IMG/VR virus record: IMGVR_UViG_3300042350_002745
Coordinates: 1-52,840 of that record
Length of the DNA: 52,840 nt
Source: a virus
Taxonomy: Duplodnaviria; Caudoviricetes
Reading direction: 5' to 3' (one strand)
The notes beneath the pieces are model-generated. The model was not told the origin of the DNA. It was given only the letters and a program-made list of their open reading frames with translations, and did no database searches. Numbering within the stretch: position 1 is the stretch's first letter; each line of letters begins with the position of its first letter. This document shows, one piece after another, positions 20,186-30,529 of this stretch. The translations under genes and the position numbers were made by a program.

Positions 20186-23109
20186 TGGCCGAGCGAGAAC
20201 TGCCTCCAATCCGTGTTCGGATCTTAGGTGATGCTAGCGATTTCGATAAGTCAATCGCCAGCATCGCAGACAAAGTCACCGATCTCCAAAAGAAGATCAA
20301 AGAGGCGGCTTCGTCTGCGGTCACCGCCTCTGCCCGAGCCGAGGAAAACGCGAAGGCGGCACAAAGACGAGCCGACGAAAAGCATAAGATTCGTATGCAA
20401 GGGATCGAGCAGCAGAACGCCACCGCAACTAAAGCGATGGTGTCGAAGGCTCGGTCTGAGATTGCCGCCATAGATAAAAAGAGTCAGGCGGAATACCAAA
20501 AGATACAAAACCAAATCGCGAATGACGATAGGCTCGCCAAGCTAGAGCTACGCCGGTTGAACTCAGCCATCAACGACGACACTCGCAAGGCCAACGCTGA
20601 GATTCTACGGACGCAAAGAAAGTCGGACTTAGATCGACTACGCGCACAGAACACTATAAAAAATCAGAATGCGTTGTCTGCTCAACGAGTCGTCAATCTC
20701 CAAAACAAGGGGACAGCCGACCTTCAAAGAATCTACAATAAGATTAACAACGACAATCAGTTGTTTGCCCAAAAGCAACTACAAGAAGCCGCAAAGCTAG
20801 CTCGAATCAAGCAGCAGATGAACAACACTGCTGCGACCCATGCACAACGCATGTTGATTCTCGATCAGCAACTAATCGCCTCGTACATTCGAGCGGGCAA
20901 CATACAAGCCGCCGGGCAACAAAAGGCGACTAAGCACACCCAAGACATGCTCAAGATGCAACAGCAACTTGCGGACATGCAACGCAAAGCGTCACAAGAC
21001 GCATCTATGCACTTGCTTAAAGAACGCAAGATCCGATGGGAGATGGCTAGGGATGAAGCCACGCACAGACAGCGAATGCGAATCGAAGAAGAAATCCACC
21101 AGAAGCGAATGAAAAGTCGCTTCTACACCACGCAAGCTCCCATACCAAAACCAGCACCCAGGGCGGCTGCTCAACCGGCTATGTTTCCCTCAGGTGGGGG
21201 ACTAGGTATGGGCCTTACGTCCCGCGCTGACATCTACATGCACGCCAATGCAATACGAGCGTTGGTTTCCTCCGGTCAGGGGATGTTGGATCTGTATGGC
21301 AATATAAAGATGGCCGAGGCGGGGCTGTACGCATTCACAGGGAATGCCCAAGCTGCATCTGTTGTCATGGCCGAGATCAAAGACCATGCCGAGAAAACTT
21401 CGTTTACTCGGCTTGGGTTGACCGAGGCTACTCGAAACATGATGTCGTATGGACTCTCGGCGAAGTCCGCGCTTGAACACATGAAGATGCTCGGTGACGT
21501 TGCCGGTGGCAGTGAGCTTCGGTTCGACAGGCTTTCTTTTGCTATGTCCCAAATCACCGCCAACGGCAGGTTGCAGGGGAACGAACTGCGACAGTTGACT
21601 GAGCAGGGTTTTAACCCTTTGGAGACTATGAGTCGAGTGACTGGTAAGTCTATGCTCGAACTGCGAAAGCTCATGGAAGCGGGTGCGATCTCAGCCGATC
21701 AAGTCACCGAAGCTCTTAGGATGGAAACTTCCGCAGGTGGAAGATTCGCCAACATGCAGAAGATCATGGCGAACACACTTCCAGGCCTTCGTAACCAACT
21801 GAAAGAGACTGTCCAGAACTTGAAAATAGGGTTCATTGCCGCACTTGAGAAGGATCTCATTAAGGCTTTGAAGTCGGCCATCGGCTATTTGAAAATGTTC
21901 GAGAAGTATCTACAGACCCCAGCCGGACAGCAGATGGCTGCGAGAATGGTCAATATTGCCAAGAACGTGTTCGCGGCTGCATTGGCTTTTCATACTCTTG
22001 GGTTTGCTATGGCGAGTTTGGCATGGTGGAGTCAGTCCGTGTTCTCCATGCTCAACCGAATTGTTTCTGTGTTCCGCGCATTGGCTATGGGCATCTCGTT
22101 GCTGGTTAGCATAGTCACAAGTCCCTTCGCTTTGATTGTAGCGGGAGCAGTAGCCGCCGGTCTTGCCGTCGCCTACATAGCCGCCCAGATTTGGGGGCCG
22201 GGATCGGTCTACGACGCATTCCTAAATCTGTACGCCACGGTCGCATGGTTCTTTGATTCTGCTACAGGGTTTCTGTACAACTTCGGCCATAACTGGATGG
22301 TCGTCAGCAAGTGGCTTCTGGCTAATTGGAGTACCATCATACCCGACATGATGGACCTGACTATGCGCTTCTTCGGAGCGATGCTCAACAATGCTTCGGT
22401 CGCCTTTAGGGCTGTGGCTCGCCTCATGGTTGTGTTCTCAACGTGGCTTGTCGATACTTGGTATTCATTGTTCGACGGTCGCATCTACGAAGCTATGGTT
22501 TCAGGCTTCATCAAAATCTTCACTTGGCTCGAAGATAAGTGGAAGAAGTTTGGTTTGTTTATGTCGCGAGTCTGGGAGAACTTGTTCGACCCAGGCGCGT
22601 TGTATGACGTTCTGGTTGAAGGCATGGGCATCGACGCAACCGCCGCTGCCATGACCCAAGACATCCAAACAACCCTTGACAAAGGGTTGTTGGAAGGTGT
22701 CAAAGGCGTGTTAGAAAGCGAATTTGCCAACATGCAAACTGGCTTGGAAGGATTCCAAGCCAGTACGCCTGAACTGACGGGATTGAAGTTCGACACACCT
22801 AAAATGCCTGCGCCCCCGAAGGCCCCCGAACTACCCGACGCTGCGGCTTACTCAGGCCCCGGCTTCGGGAGCTTTGGGGCGGGAGCCTCGGACTACAAAG
22901 TGACCGAGGCGATGTCGGCCACTGGGTCCGACTACAGCAAGCTGCTGGCCGAACAAGCGGGTCGCATGGCGACCCCGAAGGCCAACCCGCAGCTTGCTGC
23001 CCAGCAACAGACAAACAACCTGTTGAATCTGATTTACAACGCGCTGCGAGGCGCGCCACAAGTGACACTACAGCCTGCTAGCGTAGCAGGCCCAGGAGCG
23101 ACCCCGTAA
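20185..23109 (+). CDS. Tape measure protein (974 aa)
   Basis: Long helical Ala/Gln-rich ORF; tape-measure motif LGDVAGG...MSQITANGRLQGNELRQL; hydrophobic C-terminal half. Confidence 0.92.
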   Translation: MAERELPPIRVRILGDASDFDKSIASIADKVTDLQKKIKEAASSAVTASARAEENAKAAQRRADEKHKIRMQGIEQQNATATKAMVSKARSEIAAIDKKSQAEYQKIQNQIANDDRLAKLELRRLNSAINDDTRKANAEILRTQRKSDLDRLRAQNTIKNQNALSAQRVVNLQNKGTADLQRIYNKINNDNQLFAQKQLQEAAKLARIKQQMNNTAATHAQRMLILDQQLIASYIRAGNIQAAGQQKATKHTQDMLKMQQQLADMQRKASQDASMHLLKERKIRWEMARDEATHRQRMRIEEEIHQKRMKSRFYTTQAPIPKPAPRAAAQPAMFPSGGGLGMGLTSRADIYMHANAIRALVSSGQGMLDLYGNIKMAEAGLYAFTGNAQAASVVMAEIKDHAEKTSFTRLGLTEATRNMMSYGLSAKSALEHMKMLGDVAGGSELRFDRLSFAMSQITANGRLQGNELRQLTEQGFNPLETMSRVTGKSMLELRKLMEAGAISADQVTEALRMETSAGGRFANMQKIMANTLPGLRNQLKETVQNLKIGFIAALEKDLIKALKSAIGYLKMFEKYLQTPAGQQMAARMVNIAKNVFAAALAFHTLGFAMASLAWWSQSVFSMLNRIVSVFRALAMGISLLVSIVTSPFALIVAGAVAAGLAVAYIAAQIWGPGSVYDAFLNLYATVAWFFDSATGFLYNFGHNWMVVSKWLLANWSTIIPDMMDLTMRFFGAMLNNASVAFRAVARLMVVFSTWLVDTWYSLFDGRIYEAMVSGFIKIFTWLEDKWKKFGLFMSRVWENLFDPGALYDVLVEGMGIDATAAAMTQDIQTTLDKGLLEGVKGVLESEFANMQTGLEGFQASTPELTGLKFDTPKMPAPPKAPELPDAAAYSGPGFGSFGAGASDYKVTEAMSATGSDYSKLLAEQAGRMATPKANPQLAAQQQTNNLLNLIYNALRGAPQVTLQPASVAGPGATP

Positions 23110-24074
23110 TGGTGACCACACTCGTCGGTTTGCGCAGTCAGTCGATGACCCGAGACGAAGAAGGGCATCGCACCTACAACTTGTCTTGGCTCCTGAGGAC
23201 AAGCGACTATTTGGACGGACCCGAGACGGTCTTGCAGACCGTCAACCTGTTGTTCCCTGTAGGCTCTGCCTACAGTTTGGACAACGACTACGACCCTTGG
23301 GCATTCTGTACGCCTGACTTGTCTATATCGGTCCACCAGGACTTGCAGGAAGGGGAACCTTGCCAGAGTTGGGTTGTGACCAACAAGTTCACAACCAAGC
23401 CTATGACAAGGTGCAACAACACGCAGATCGACAACCCGCTGTTGGAGCCCTACAACATCTCGGGCGACTTCACGCATGTGAGTCGCGAGATGAAAACGGA
23501 TCGCTTCGGCACGCCGCTGCATCACGTCAATTATGAGCAGATGCTCGGACCCGAAGTCGAAGAAAAGATTAGCTTCCCCACAGTGACGATTTCCTTCAAC
23601 TCAGCGATTTTGCCGCTGAGTTTGATTACGATGCTACTCAACAAGCTCAACGATGCGCCGCTTTGGGGTTTCCCGAAGCGGTGCGTTCGGTTTGTCGATG
23701 CAAAATGGGAGCGTGTTTTGTATGGGAGTTGTTTCTACTACTACAAGATCAGCTACACGTTTGAGACGAACCTAGAGACATTCAACAAATTCATCCCAGC
23801 CGTAGGTATGAAAACGCTTCTGCCGAACACAGCCCCAGTGTTTCCCACCGATTTCGCCATACAGAAGGATAAACTAGGCGAAAATTCTGGACCTGTTATC
23901 TTGAACAAGTCAGGAAGGCCAGCCAACCCGACCCGAAACCCGTACATCGAAGATGTGTTCGGCGTGAATCTAAATCCCGGCGAAAGCGACCCGGAGGGTC
24001 CGCTGATTCAGATGCGAGAGATCGCCCACGAATCCAATTTACTACTTCTCGGAATTCCAACCTCAATCAACTAA
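23109..24074 (+). CDS. Putative tail-tip (distal tail/hub) protein
   Basis: Coupled to tape measure; position only. Confidence 0.6.
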   Translation: MVTTLVGLRSQSMTRDEEGHRTYNLSWLLRTSDYLDGPETVLQTVNLLFPVGSAYSLDNDYDPWAFCTPDLSISVHQDLQEGEPCQSWVVTNKFTTKPMTRCNNTQIDNPLLEPYNISGDFTHVSREMKTDRFGTPLHHVNYEQMLGPEVEEKISFPTVTISFNSAILPLSLITMLLNKLNDAPLWGFPKRCVRFVDAKWERVLYGSCFYYYKISYTFETNLETFNKFIPAVGMKTLLPNTAPVFPTDFAIQKDKLGENSGPVILNKSGRPANPTRNPYIEDVFGVNLNPGESDPEGPLIQMREIAHESNLLLLGIPTSIN

Positions 24075-24075
24075 C

Positions 24076-24543
24076 ATGGGCAACAAGCAAGAAGAACAAG
24101 TTTTCCGCACTGTAGGCTCCCCCAAAGCGGACGACCGTTTCACGGTCGTCCTGCACGCGCACTACCTAGAGTGGGACACCGGAGCTACCACTGATGTCCG
24201 GTGGGCCTACGACCGCCTGACCCCCACAGGCAAAGGCACATGCACCCAACTGACGCTTCGCGTTCAGCCGGGGAGTCCGACAGCCATTGTGATTCCTGGG
24301 TTGGACCTCGACAAGTGTGAAGTCGTGTTGGGGCATAAAATGCCCCAACTATCGCCAAAGGCCGACTTGGCCGATTCATTCGCCCAAGAACAACGTCGAA
24401 ACGTGATCGAAATCTGGGATTCCGAAAAAATGGTGGGAATCATCGGACCCGATAGAATGATGTTCGGCCAATTCAAAGGCCCTTTGTTTGCTAAATGCAC
24501 CAGAGCCACGGCTCTCCTACACATAACAGCGGCCCCTGTCTGA
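24076..24543 (+). CDS. Putative tail protein (155 aa)
   Basis: Position in tail-tip cluster. Confidence 0.55.
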   Translation: MGNKQEEQVFRTVGSPKADDRFTVVLHAHYLEWDTGATTDVRWAYDRLTPTGKGTCTQLTLRVQPGSPTAIVIPGLDLDKCEVVLGHKMPQLSPKADLADSFAQEQRRNVIEIWDSEKMVGIIGPDRMMFGQFKGPLFAKCTRATALLHITAAPV

Positions 24544-27500
24544 TGGACAACAAGCATTACGTTCTGACCGAGAAAGATCGTAGGGTATTGGACAATCTCC
24601 ACGGAGAATCCAAAGCGGCCCCTCCCCCTGCGATGCTTCCCGCATCACAGGGCCAGTACCTAGCTGCGCCTGATGTCTATTGGGCATTGCCCCCGTGTGA
24701 AACCGGGTTGCCTGCGGCGACCCGGCTATCAGACGGCTCAGTCAGGCCGGGGCTTGCTAGGTGCTGCTTGTACAGATCGGATGACGATCTGGACAAGCTC
24801 GTACCGGTGCTAGATCCGACTGGGATTCCATTCCGTATTGAAGTCCGTAATCACTACTTCCGAGTCGGCAATGACTTCGTTCAAGTGTGGCGACACAAGA
24901 ACGGAACTTGGACAAATGAACGGCCTGAGCTAGTCTCCGAATCGACGGCCACCACAACAACCGCCGCTCCCAACGCTGTCGCCGTCGACCCTCTCTGCCA
25001 AGGGGAGTGCATCTTCATCGCCGAGGCGGCGACGGGCGGGGGCTTTGCTTGGAAGTCGCCTGTCGGCGGGTGTGCCAACACCACAACGACCACAACGACC
25101 ACAACGACTACCTCGACCACAACGACCTCGACCACAGCCACTACGACGACCGCTGCTCCCGTGATTCCTTGTGAGTCTGTGGGATGTCGACTCAGGTGTG
25201 TGGCCGCCACTACCCCCGCGCCGGGCGGAACCACTTCGTGGCCGCCTGCGCCGAGTACGGGGTATGTGTATCAAGTCATAGGCACGACGTGTGGGCCTCC
25301 TTGCAATTGTTTCGGAGCGGGTGACCCTTGCTTCTACCTCAACGGGGAGATCGACAGCAGGTGCGTGTACGTCGTGACCACGACGCCCGGCCCTACGACC
25401 ACCACGACCACGGGCGGACCCATTGACGGTCCTCAGACTTGCAACATCGCCAACGGCCTGCTCGGATCGCCCGTGTCCGGGACGTACCGAGCGGCTACCG
25501 TCAAGGGATACGCCGCCGGTTGGATCATCTGCCAAGATTGCCCGACCGGTGACTTCCCATTGTTCCCCCGAGGGTCGATAGATTCTATCGACCCCGATCC
25601 CAACGGGCCTGTCGTGGTACACGACAGCCCTTGCGGAAGGAACCCTTGTTCCATGAACGCCACCTTGTACACCGAGGGTAAGGCAGTCTACCGAGCATTC
25701 TCTCTGACCGATCAACAATGGTTCTGGGGCAACAAACCAGATTCCGACCAAATCATCCAATACGACAACGAGAAGTGGTTGGCGAATTGGCGAGTGTGTC
25801 AGCAATGTGGGCCGGGTTTGCGTCCCGCAAACCCGCCTGCTCCGTGGTTGTTTTTCGATGCTTCGGAAAACCAAAATGGAATATCTCTGAGCCCATCTGA
25901 CGGGATGTACTTGTACGAGACATCATGCGTAGCGGGGCCTCCATGCGATGCCTGCGAACTTTCACACATCGGAGATCTTGTTGGGACTACAACCAGCACT
26001 ACATCATCCCCGACCCCACGGCCCACAAGCACGCAACCGCCTTGCGGTTGCGAGCCTCCGACTTACTGCCCCGCCGCATCCGGAGAGTGCGTTCGCACTC
26101 TCTGTAGGCCCGGAGGGGCGGCCTCGGGCACGCCTGCGTGCCCGACGACGACCACAGGTCCGAACCAATGCTTCGATTGGAGATCGGGTAGGGTGTGCGT
26201 ATGTGGAAGCACGACCACAACGACAAGCACAACTACGACGAGAACCCCCGCAAACTGCGGCCAAAGTTGTAGCTTCATCTGGACGAACAGGGGATCTAGC
26301 GGGAGCGGAGGTGGGCCTGTTTACATATCGGATTGTCAGAACGGGTGCTACTGCAACGCGACACTGGCCCCTAGCGGAAGTGGCACTTTCCCTCCTTGCG
26401 GATCTATAGCCGTGGGTACTTGCGTACCCTACCTACCAACGACTGTATACCCAAACACATGCACAGGTTGCCGAGGGGCCTGTAGGTGGTTTGCGACGTA
26501 TAGTAATGGATATGGATCTGCCTTAGTTTGGACAAACTTTGTGTCCGGCTCTCAATGTGTCCCTTACCCATCGCTTTGTTCCTGTGCCGATGGGGTGTAC
26601 CCACCGTCTGAGGGTAATTACGACTCTGACTTCGGCGGGTGCTGCCGATGCGCCACACCGCAGACTCCCCCCAATAACATCTGCGATGTGTTAGAAACCA
26701 CATGCACGTACACCCCGCCCGGCGGGACGCCGTACTGTGAGTGCTGTACCACCCAACCTTGTGACAAATACTGCGCGTTCAAAGGGAACGGAACAGGCGG
26801 TTGGACAAAGATCGACGATCCTTGTCCAACTACATGCCCATGCCCCGCATACCCACCAACGGTCAGTGAGTCTGACTGTGATCTTCGCCGGTACGCCTGC
26901 GGTTCGGTCGTCCCGACCACGACCGCAGGCCCTTCTACCACTACGTCTACTACGACCCCAGGTCCGGGGGCTTGCTGCTTCAACGGGGGTTGCGAGTTCG
27001 TGTCGTTCGCCACTTGTCGAACGTACCGGGGTACGTTCCAAGGACAAGGCGTCACCTGTGTGAGCATCACATGCCCGACCACTGTTCCTCCTACGACAAC
27101 CCAACAATACGGAGCGTGCTGCCGACCCAACGCTGGGTCGCCCTCAGTGCTGTGTGAACAGAACGTCTCAAAGTCGTACTGTGACTACTACCAAGGCAGT
27201 TCGTGGTACTCAGGTCAGACTTGTGCGCAAGCCAACTGCATACCAACTACCACCCAAGCCCCTCGCGGAAGGTGCTGTATCTACCAGTACGGAGTATTCC
27301 AATACTGCATAGACGACATCGTCGAAGCGTCTTGCTCCGTCGACGGTTTCACGCCACCGGGTAGTTTCTCCAAGAACTGGGCGCAGGGGCAATCCTGCTC
27401 CGCAGGTTGCCCCGCGCAGCCGACTACGACCACTACGACAACAACCACGACCACTACGACCACATCCGGCCCGGCCCCGTGTGCCGGGGCCGAATGTACG

Positions 27501-27629
27501 TACCAGTCGCTTGATGGGTCGACCTGGACTCTGATGGAGGCTTGTGCATCACCCTGCAACTGCCCGACCCCTGCGAACCCACCCGCATTTGAGGGTGACG
27601 TAGCCACCCTCAACTGCGTCAGCCCCTAA
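24543..27629 (+). CDS. Cys-rich, poly-Thr (mucin-like) putative tail fibre/receptor-binding protein (1028 aa)
   Basis: About 85 Cys by hand count in repeated modules separated by Thr runs; three G(A/R)CC repeats near the C-terminus; last gene of the tail cluster. Confidence 0.75.
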   Translation: MDNKHYVLTEKDRRVLDNLHGESKAAPPPAMLPASQGQYLAAPDVYWALPPCETGLPAATRLSDGSVRPGLARCCLYRSDDDLDKLVPVLDPTGIPFRIEVRNHYFRVGNDFVQVWRHKNGTWTNERPELVSESTATTTTAAPNAVAVDPLCQGECIFIAEAATGGGFAWKSPVGGCANTTTTTTTTTTTSTTTTSTTATTTTAAPVIPCESVGCRLRCVAATTPAPGGTTSWPPAPSTGYVYQVIGTTCGPPCNCFGAGDPCFYLNGEIDSRCVYVVTTTPGPTTTTTTGGPIDGPQTCNIANGLLGSPVSGTYRAATVKGYAAGWIICQDCPTGDFPLFPRGSIDSIDPDPNGPVVVHDSPCGRNPCSMNATLYTEGKAVYRAFSLTDQQWFWGNKPDSDQIIQYDNEKWLANWRVCQQCGPGLRPANPPAPWLFFDASENQNGISLSPSDGMYLYETSCVAGPPCDACELSHIGDLVGTTTSTTSSPTPRPTSTQPPCGCEPPTYCPAASGECVRTLCRPGGAASGTPACPTTTTGPNQCFDWRSGRVCVCGSTTTTTSTTTTRTPANCGQSCSFIWTNRGSSGSGGGPVYISDCQNGCYCNATLAPSGSGTFPPCGSIAVGTCVPYLPTTVYPNTCTGCRGACRWFATYSNGYGSALVWTNFVSGSQCVPYPSLCSCADGVYPPSEGNYDSDFGGCCRCATPQTPPNNICDVLETTCTYTPPGGTPYCECCTTQPCDKYCAFKGNGTGGWTKIDDPCPTTCPCPAYPPTVSESDCDLRRYACGSVVPTTTAGPSTTTSTTTPGPGACCFNGGCEFVSFATCRTYRGTFQGQGVTCVSITCPTTVPPTTTQQYGACCRPNAGSPSVLCEQNVSKSYCDYYQGSSWYSGQTCAQANCIPTTTQAPRGRCCIYQYGVFQYCIDDIVEASCSVDGFTPPGSFSKNWAQGQSCSAGCPAQPTTTTTTTTTTTTTTSGPAPCAGAECTYQSLDGSTWTLMEACASPCNCPTPANPPAFEGDVATLNCVSP

Positions 27630-27632
27630 AAT

Positions 27633-27675
27633 TTGCAAGCCAAGAGACACCCTGTAGAATCAGGGTGTCTCTTTT
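27633..27675 (+). promoter_or_regulatory. Overlapping terminator hairpin and sigma70-like promoter
   Basis: AAGAGACACCCTG-TAGAAT-CAGGGTGTCTCTT then TT; TTGCAA-16 nt-TAGAAT with the -10 box forming the hairpin loop. Confidence 0.55.
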
Positions 27676-27692
27676 CTCTAGCGGGAACCCAA

Positions 27693-29711
27693 ATGACGAA
27701 ACCATTTTTGACGGTCGCAATGGCGACCTACGACGACTTCGACGGCGTTTACTTCTCGATCCAAGCCCACCGACTTTTGCAGGATGCCTCGGACTGTGAA
27801 TTCATCGTTCTGGACAACAACCCAGACGGCGAACACGGCAAGACCACACGGGAGTTTGTGCAAGGGATCGCACACAACGAGCGGATTCGGTACATTCCAT
27901 TTACCGAATCCAAGGGCACTACGCAAACCCGAGAGCGGCTTTTCCAAGAAGCCGAGGGTCAGTACGTCCTAGTCACCGACCCTCACGTCCTTGTGCAAGC
28001 CAACGGCTTGCACAAGCTCAAGGAGTTCCTTCGGAACTCCGACCCCGAGATGCAGAAGAATCTATTCACCGGCCCCCTGCTCTACGATGGCCTAAACTAC
28101 GTTGCCACCCACTTCGAGTGCATGTTCCGAGATCAAATGGAAGGGGCCTGGGCGACCGCCTGGAAGCATCCAGACGGTGCGATAATCGTAACGTCCGAAT
28201 CCCCATCCAAGACTGTCCTAATGCGTCGTCTGCACCCTGAGGGCCTTGGGGAGTGGATCGCCACGGATATTCCGTGGCCGGGCCACGAAAAGGCTTTGAT
28301 GGCTCGCGGCTACAAAGTAGCCGGGATCGACTCGAACGATCCGCCATTCGAGATCCCAGCCCAAGGGCTGGGACTCTTTTGCTCGTCGAAAGAGCATTGG
28401 CTAGGGTTCAATCCCGACTTCCGAATGTTCGGGGGCGAGGAATGCTACATCCATCGGAAGTACCGAAACGCAGGACGGAAGGCAATGTGCCTTCCGTTCC
28501 TCAAGTGGGTACACCGATTCGGGAGAGTCGGTGGGCCGAAGTACCCGCTGACGATGGAGGGCAAGATCCGGAACTACCTTCTCGGGTACGACGAACTCGG
28601 CCTCGACCGAGAGCCGATTCGCAAGCACTTCGTGGATGAAGTCAAAGTACCGCAACAGCGGTACGATGTGATCGCCGCCGATCCTAAGGCGTTCTCGCCT
28701 TACGTCGCGCCGACGCAACCACAAGCCGACGCCATCGGAACCTCAAACCTCGGGCTTCCTTTGCCAGTTGGAGTCGAGAACCTCGGCCAAGTGGCCGAGT
28801 TTCTCCTCAGGAACCCCCGCGACTTGGACCAACATATCAACGCATTCATGCGTTGGACTCTCGACTGCGATGTCGCAGTCGAGATCACCAAGCGGCGGGA
28901 AAGCTCCGCTTTCCTGCTCGCTGCCCTGGGTCGCAAAGTCTGCAAAGGCAAGTGCAACAAGGAAACCTGCGACAAGGCAACCTGCAAGCAGGTTGCCGAA
29001 CTGTTCTCTTGGCAGGAAGAATCGGACAGCCTTTTGGGCATCCTCCAAGAGCATGTCAAGATCCACCAAGGCCGACCGCTCAGCTACACGGTCACCATCG
29101 CCGATCTGACCGAGCCTGTGGGCGAGATTCCCGAAGCCGACTTCCTGTTCCTCGATACTCGGCACACTGGCGAACGCCTTCATCGGGAATTGACCACCTA
29201 CGCACCCATGATCCGCAAGCGGATCATGGTCCACGACACCGCCTTATACGGGCTTGTCGGGGAAGGCAACACCAAGGGCCTTTGGTGGGCTATTAAGGCA
29301 TTCATGGCCGACAACCCAGAATGGTTTGTCGCCGAACACAACGATGCTCAGTACGGTATGACCGTACTGAGTCGAGTGCCTGAGGATCGTCCGAAGGACG
29401 AGACGAAGCCTTGGCCCAAAACCGACAAGGATGGTAATCCTTGCGGTTGCGGGACCAACCTCAAAGGCTGGCTCAAGAAGATCGGCATCGAGGCTTCGCC
29501 CACTTGCTCTTGCAACGCAAGAGCAAAGGCGATGGACTTGCAAGGCCCTCAATGGTGTAGGGACAACATCGAGACGATCTTGGATTGGCTAAACGAAGAA
29601 GCCACCAAGAGGAATCTTGGTGGCTTGTTCTTCCGACCGGCTGTCAAGCTGGTCGTACAAAGAGCGATCTCCAAGGCCGAGAAGGACGAAGCAGCAGGCA
29701 ACTGCGGCTAG
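27693..29711 (+). CDS. Glycosyltransferase (GT-A/GT2-like) fused to a SAM-dependent methyltransferase-like domain and a Cys-containing C-terminal domain
   Basis: LTVAMATYDD, FIVLDNNP, YVLVTDPHV, FGGEE (GT-A); ADFLFLDTRHT...IMVHDT (class I MTase-like); CSCNARAKAMD...WC. Confidence 0.75.
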   Translation: MTKPFLTVAMATYDDFDGVYFSIQAHRLLQDASDCEFIVLDNNPDGEHGKTTREFVQGIAHNERIRYIPFTESKGTTQTRERLFQEAEGQYVLVTDPHVLVQANGLHKLKEFLRNSDPEMQKNLFTGPLLYDGLNYVATHFECMFRDQMEGAWATAWKHPDGAIIVTSESPSKTVLMRRLHPEGLGEWIATDIPWPGHEKALMARGYKVAGIDSNDPPFEIPAQGLGLFCSSKEHWLGFNPDFRMFGGEECYIHRKYRNAGRKAMCLPFLKWVHRFGRVGGPKYPLTMEGKIRNYLLGYDELGLDREPIRKHFVDEVKVPQQRYDVIAADPKAFSPYVAPTQPQADAIGTSNLGLPLPVGVENLGQVAEFLLRNPRDLDQHINAFMRWTLDCDVAVEITKRRESSAFLLAALGRKVCKGKCNKETCDKATCKQVAELFSWQEESDSLLGILQEHVKIHQGRPLSYTVTIADLTEPVGEIPEADFLFLDTRHTGERLHRELTTYAPMIRKRIMVHDTALYGLVGEGNTKGLWWAIKAFMADNPEWFVAEHNDAQYGMTVLSRVPEDRPKDETKPWPKTDKDGNPCGCGTNLKGWLKKIGIEASPTCSCNARAKAMDLQGPQWCRDNIETILDWLNEEATKRNLGGLFFRPAVKLVVQRAISKAEKDEAAGNCG

Positions 29712-30529
29712 TCCTTCCCCAACCGGGTCCACGCCGGAGGCGGCGTCGTAACTGATATGTTCTGCCTGTAATACGCCTCGATTTCTCGGCGAGTCTCGAT
29801 GTAGAACTCGTCGTAGACGGCTTCCAATGGCTTGCCCGACACGCTGTGTGGGCAAGCATCCCAAGAGGATTCGCAATCGAATCCTCTTGACAAGCCCGAC
29901 CAATGCTGCTCGCCTTCGGCTCCCCACCTATAGACATAGGTAGGGAGCGTCGGCGTTGCTCGCTCGCCCATCCTACCGAATCGAGTCTTGAGTTCGCCGA
30001 GAAACATCTGATCTTGGCCTACGTTCTTGCGGTCTGGAAACAGACCGCCCCAAGGATCTAGGCACTTCCGGTCGAACGTGATGCTTGACCAGAACCGACC
30101 TTCGGTCGGTTCGACGTTCAGTGAACCACCGAAGGTGGTGAACACCTTGTCGGGGTAAGTCCACAAGGCCCCGGTCCCGTAATGCCACGCCGCATGTTCG
30201 AGATGATTCTCGGTGAACCCATCGTCGTCATCCCAAATGGCGACGTGGGTGAAGTGCGGCCCCATGTACTCCAAGGCGAAGTTATACTTCGCCGCAATGC
30301 TTGGGTACTTCTCGCCGTTTTGTGGCCTGAGTAGATAGACGTTGCGACTTTTCCATTCTTGCCACTGTTCTTGTGTTGGGGAGCATCTCGCATCCTTCGG
30401 GCGATCATCAATGATCGCCAACGTAGCGTTCTTGTAGGTCTGATCCAAAAAGCACCTAAGTGCGTTTTGGATCGTTTCGTGCCGGTGATTCCACACAGGC
30501 ATCAGGCACAGAAAATGCGGTCGGTTCAC
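29708..30529 (-). CDS. Glycosyltransferase family 2
   Basis: CLMPVWN...FLDQTY...IIDD...AIWDDDD...GQDQMF motifs. Confidence 0.8.
   Translation of the reverse strand: MNRPHFLCLMPVWNHRHETIQNALRCFLDQTYKNATLAIIDDRPKDARCSPTQEQWQEWKSRNVYLLRPQNGEKYPSIAAKYNFALEYMGPHFTHVAIWDDDDGFTENHLEHAAWHYGTGALWTYPDKVFTTFGGSLNVEPTEGRFWSSITFDRKCLDPWGGLFPDRKNVGQDQMFLGELKTRFGRMGERATPTLPTYVYRWGAEGEQHWSGLSRGFDCESSWDACPHSVSGKPLEAVYDEFYIETRREIEAYYRQNISVTTPPPAWTRLGKD

Noticed and set aside
24543-27629. Diversity-generating retroelement target or simple microsatellite expansion
   Set aside because: No reverse transcriptase or adenine-variant TR/VR pair seen in the window; Thr runs use mixed codons.
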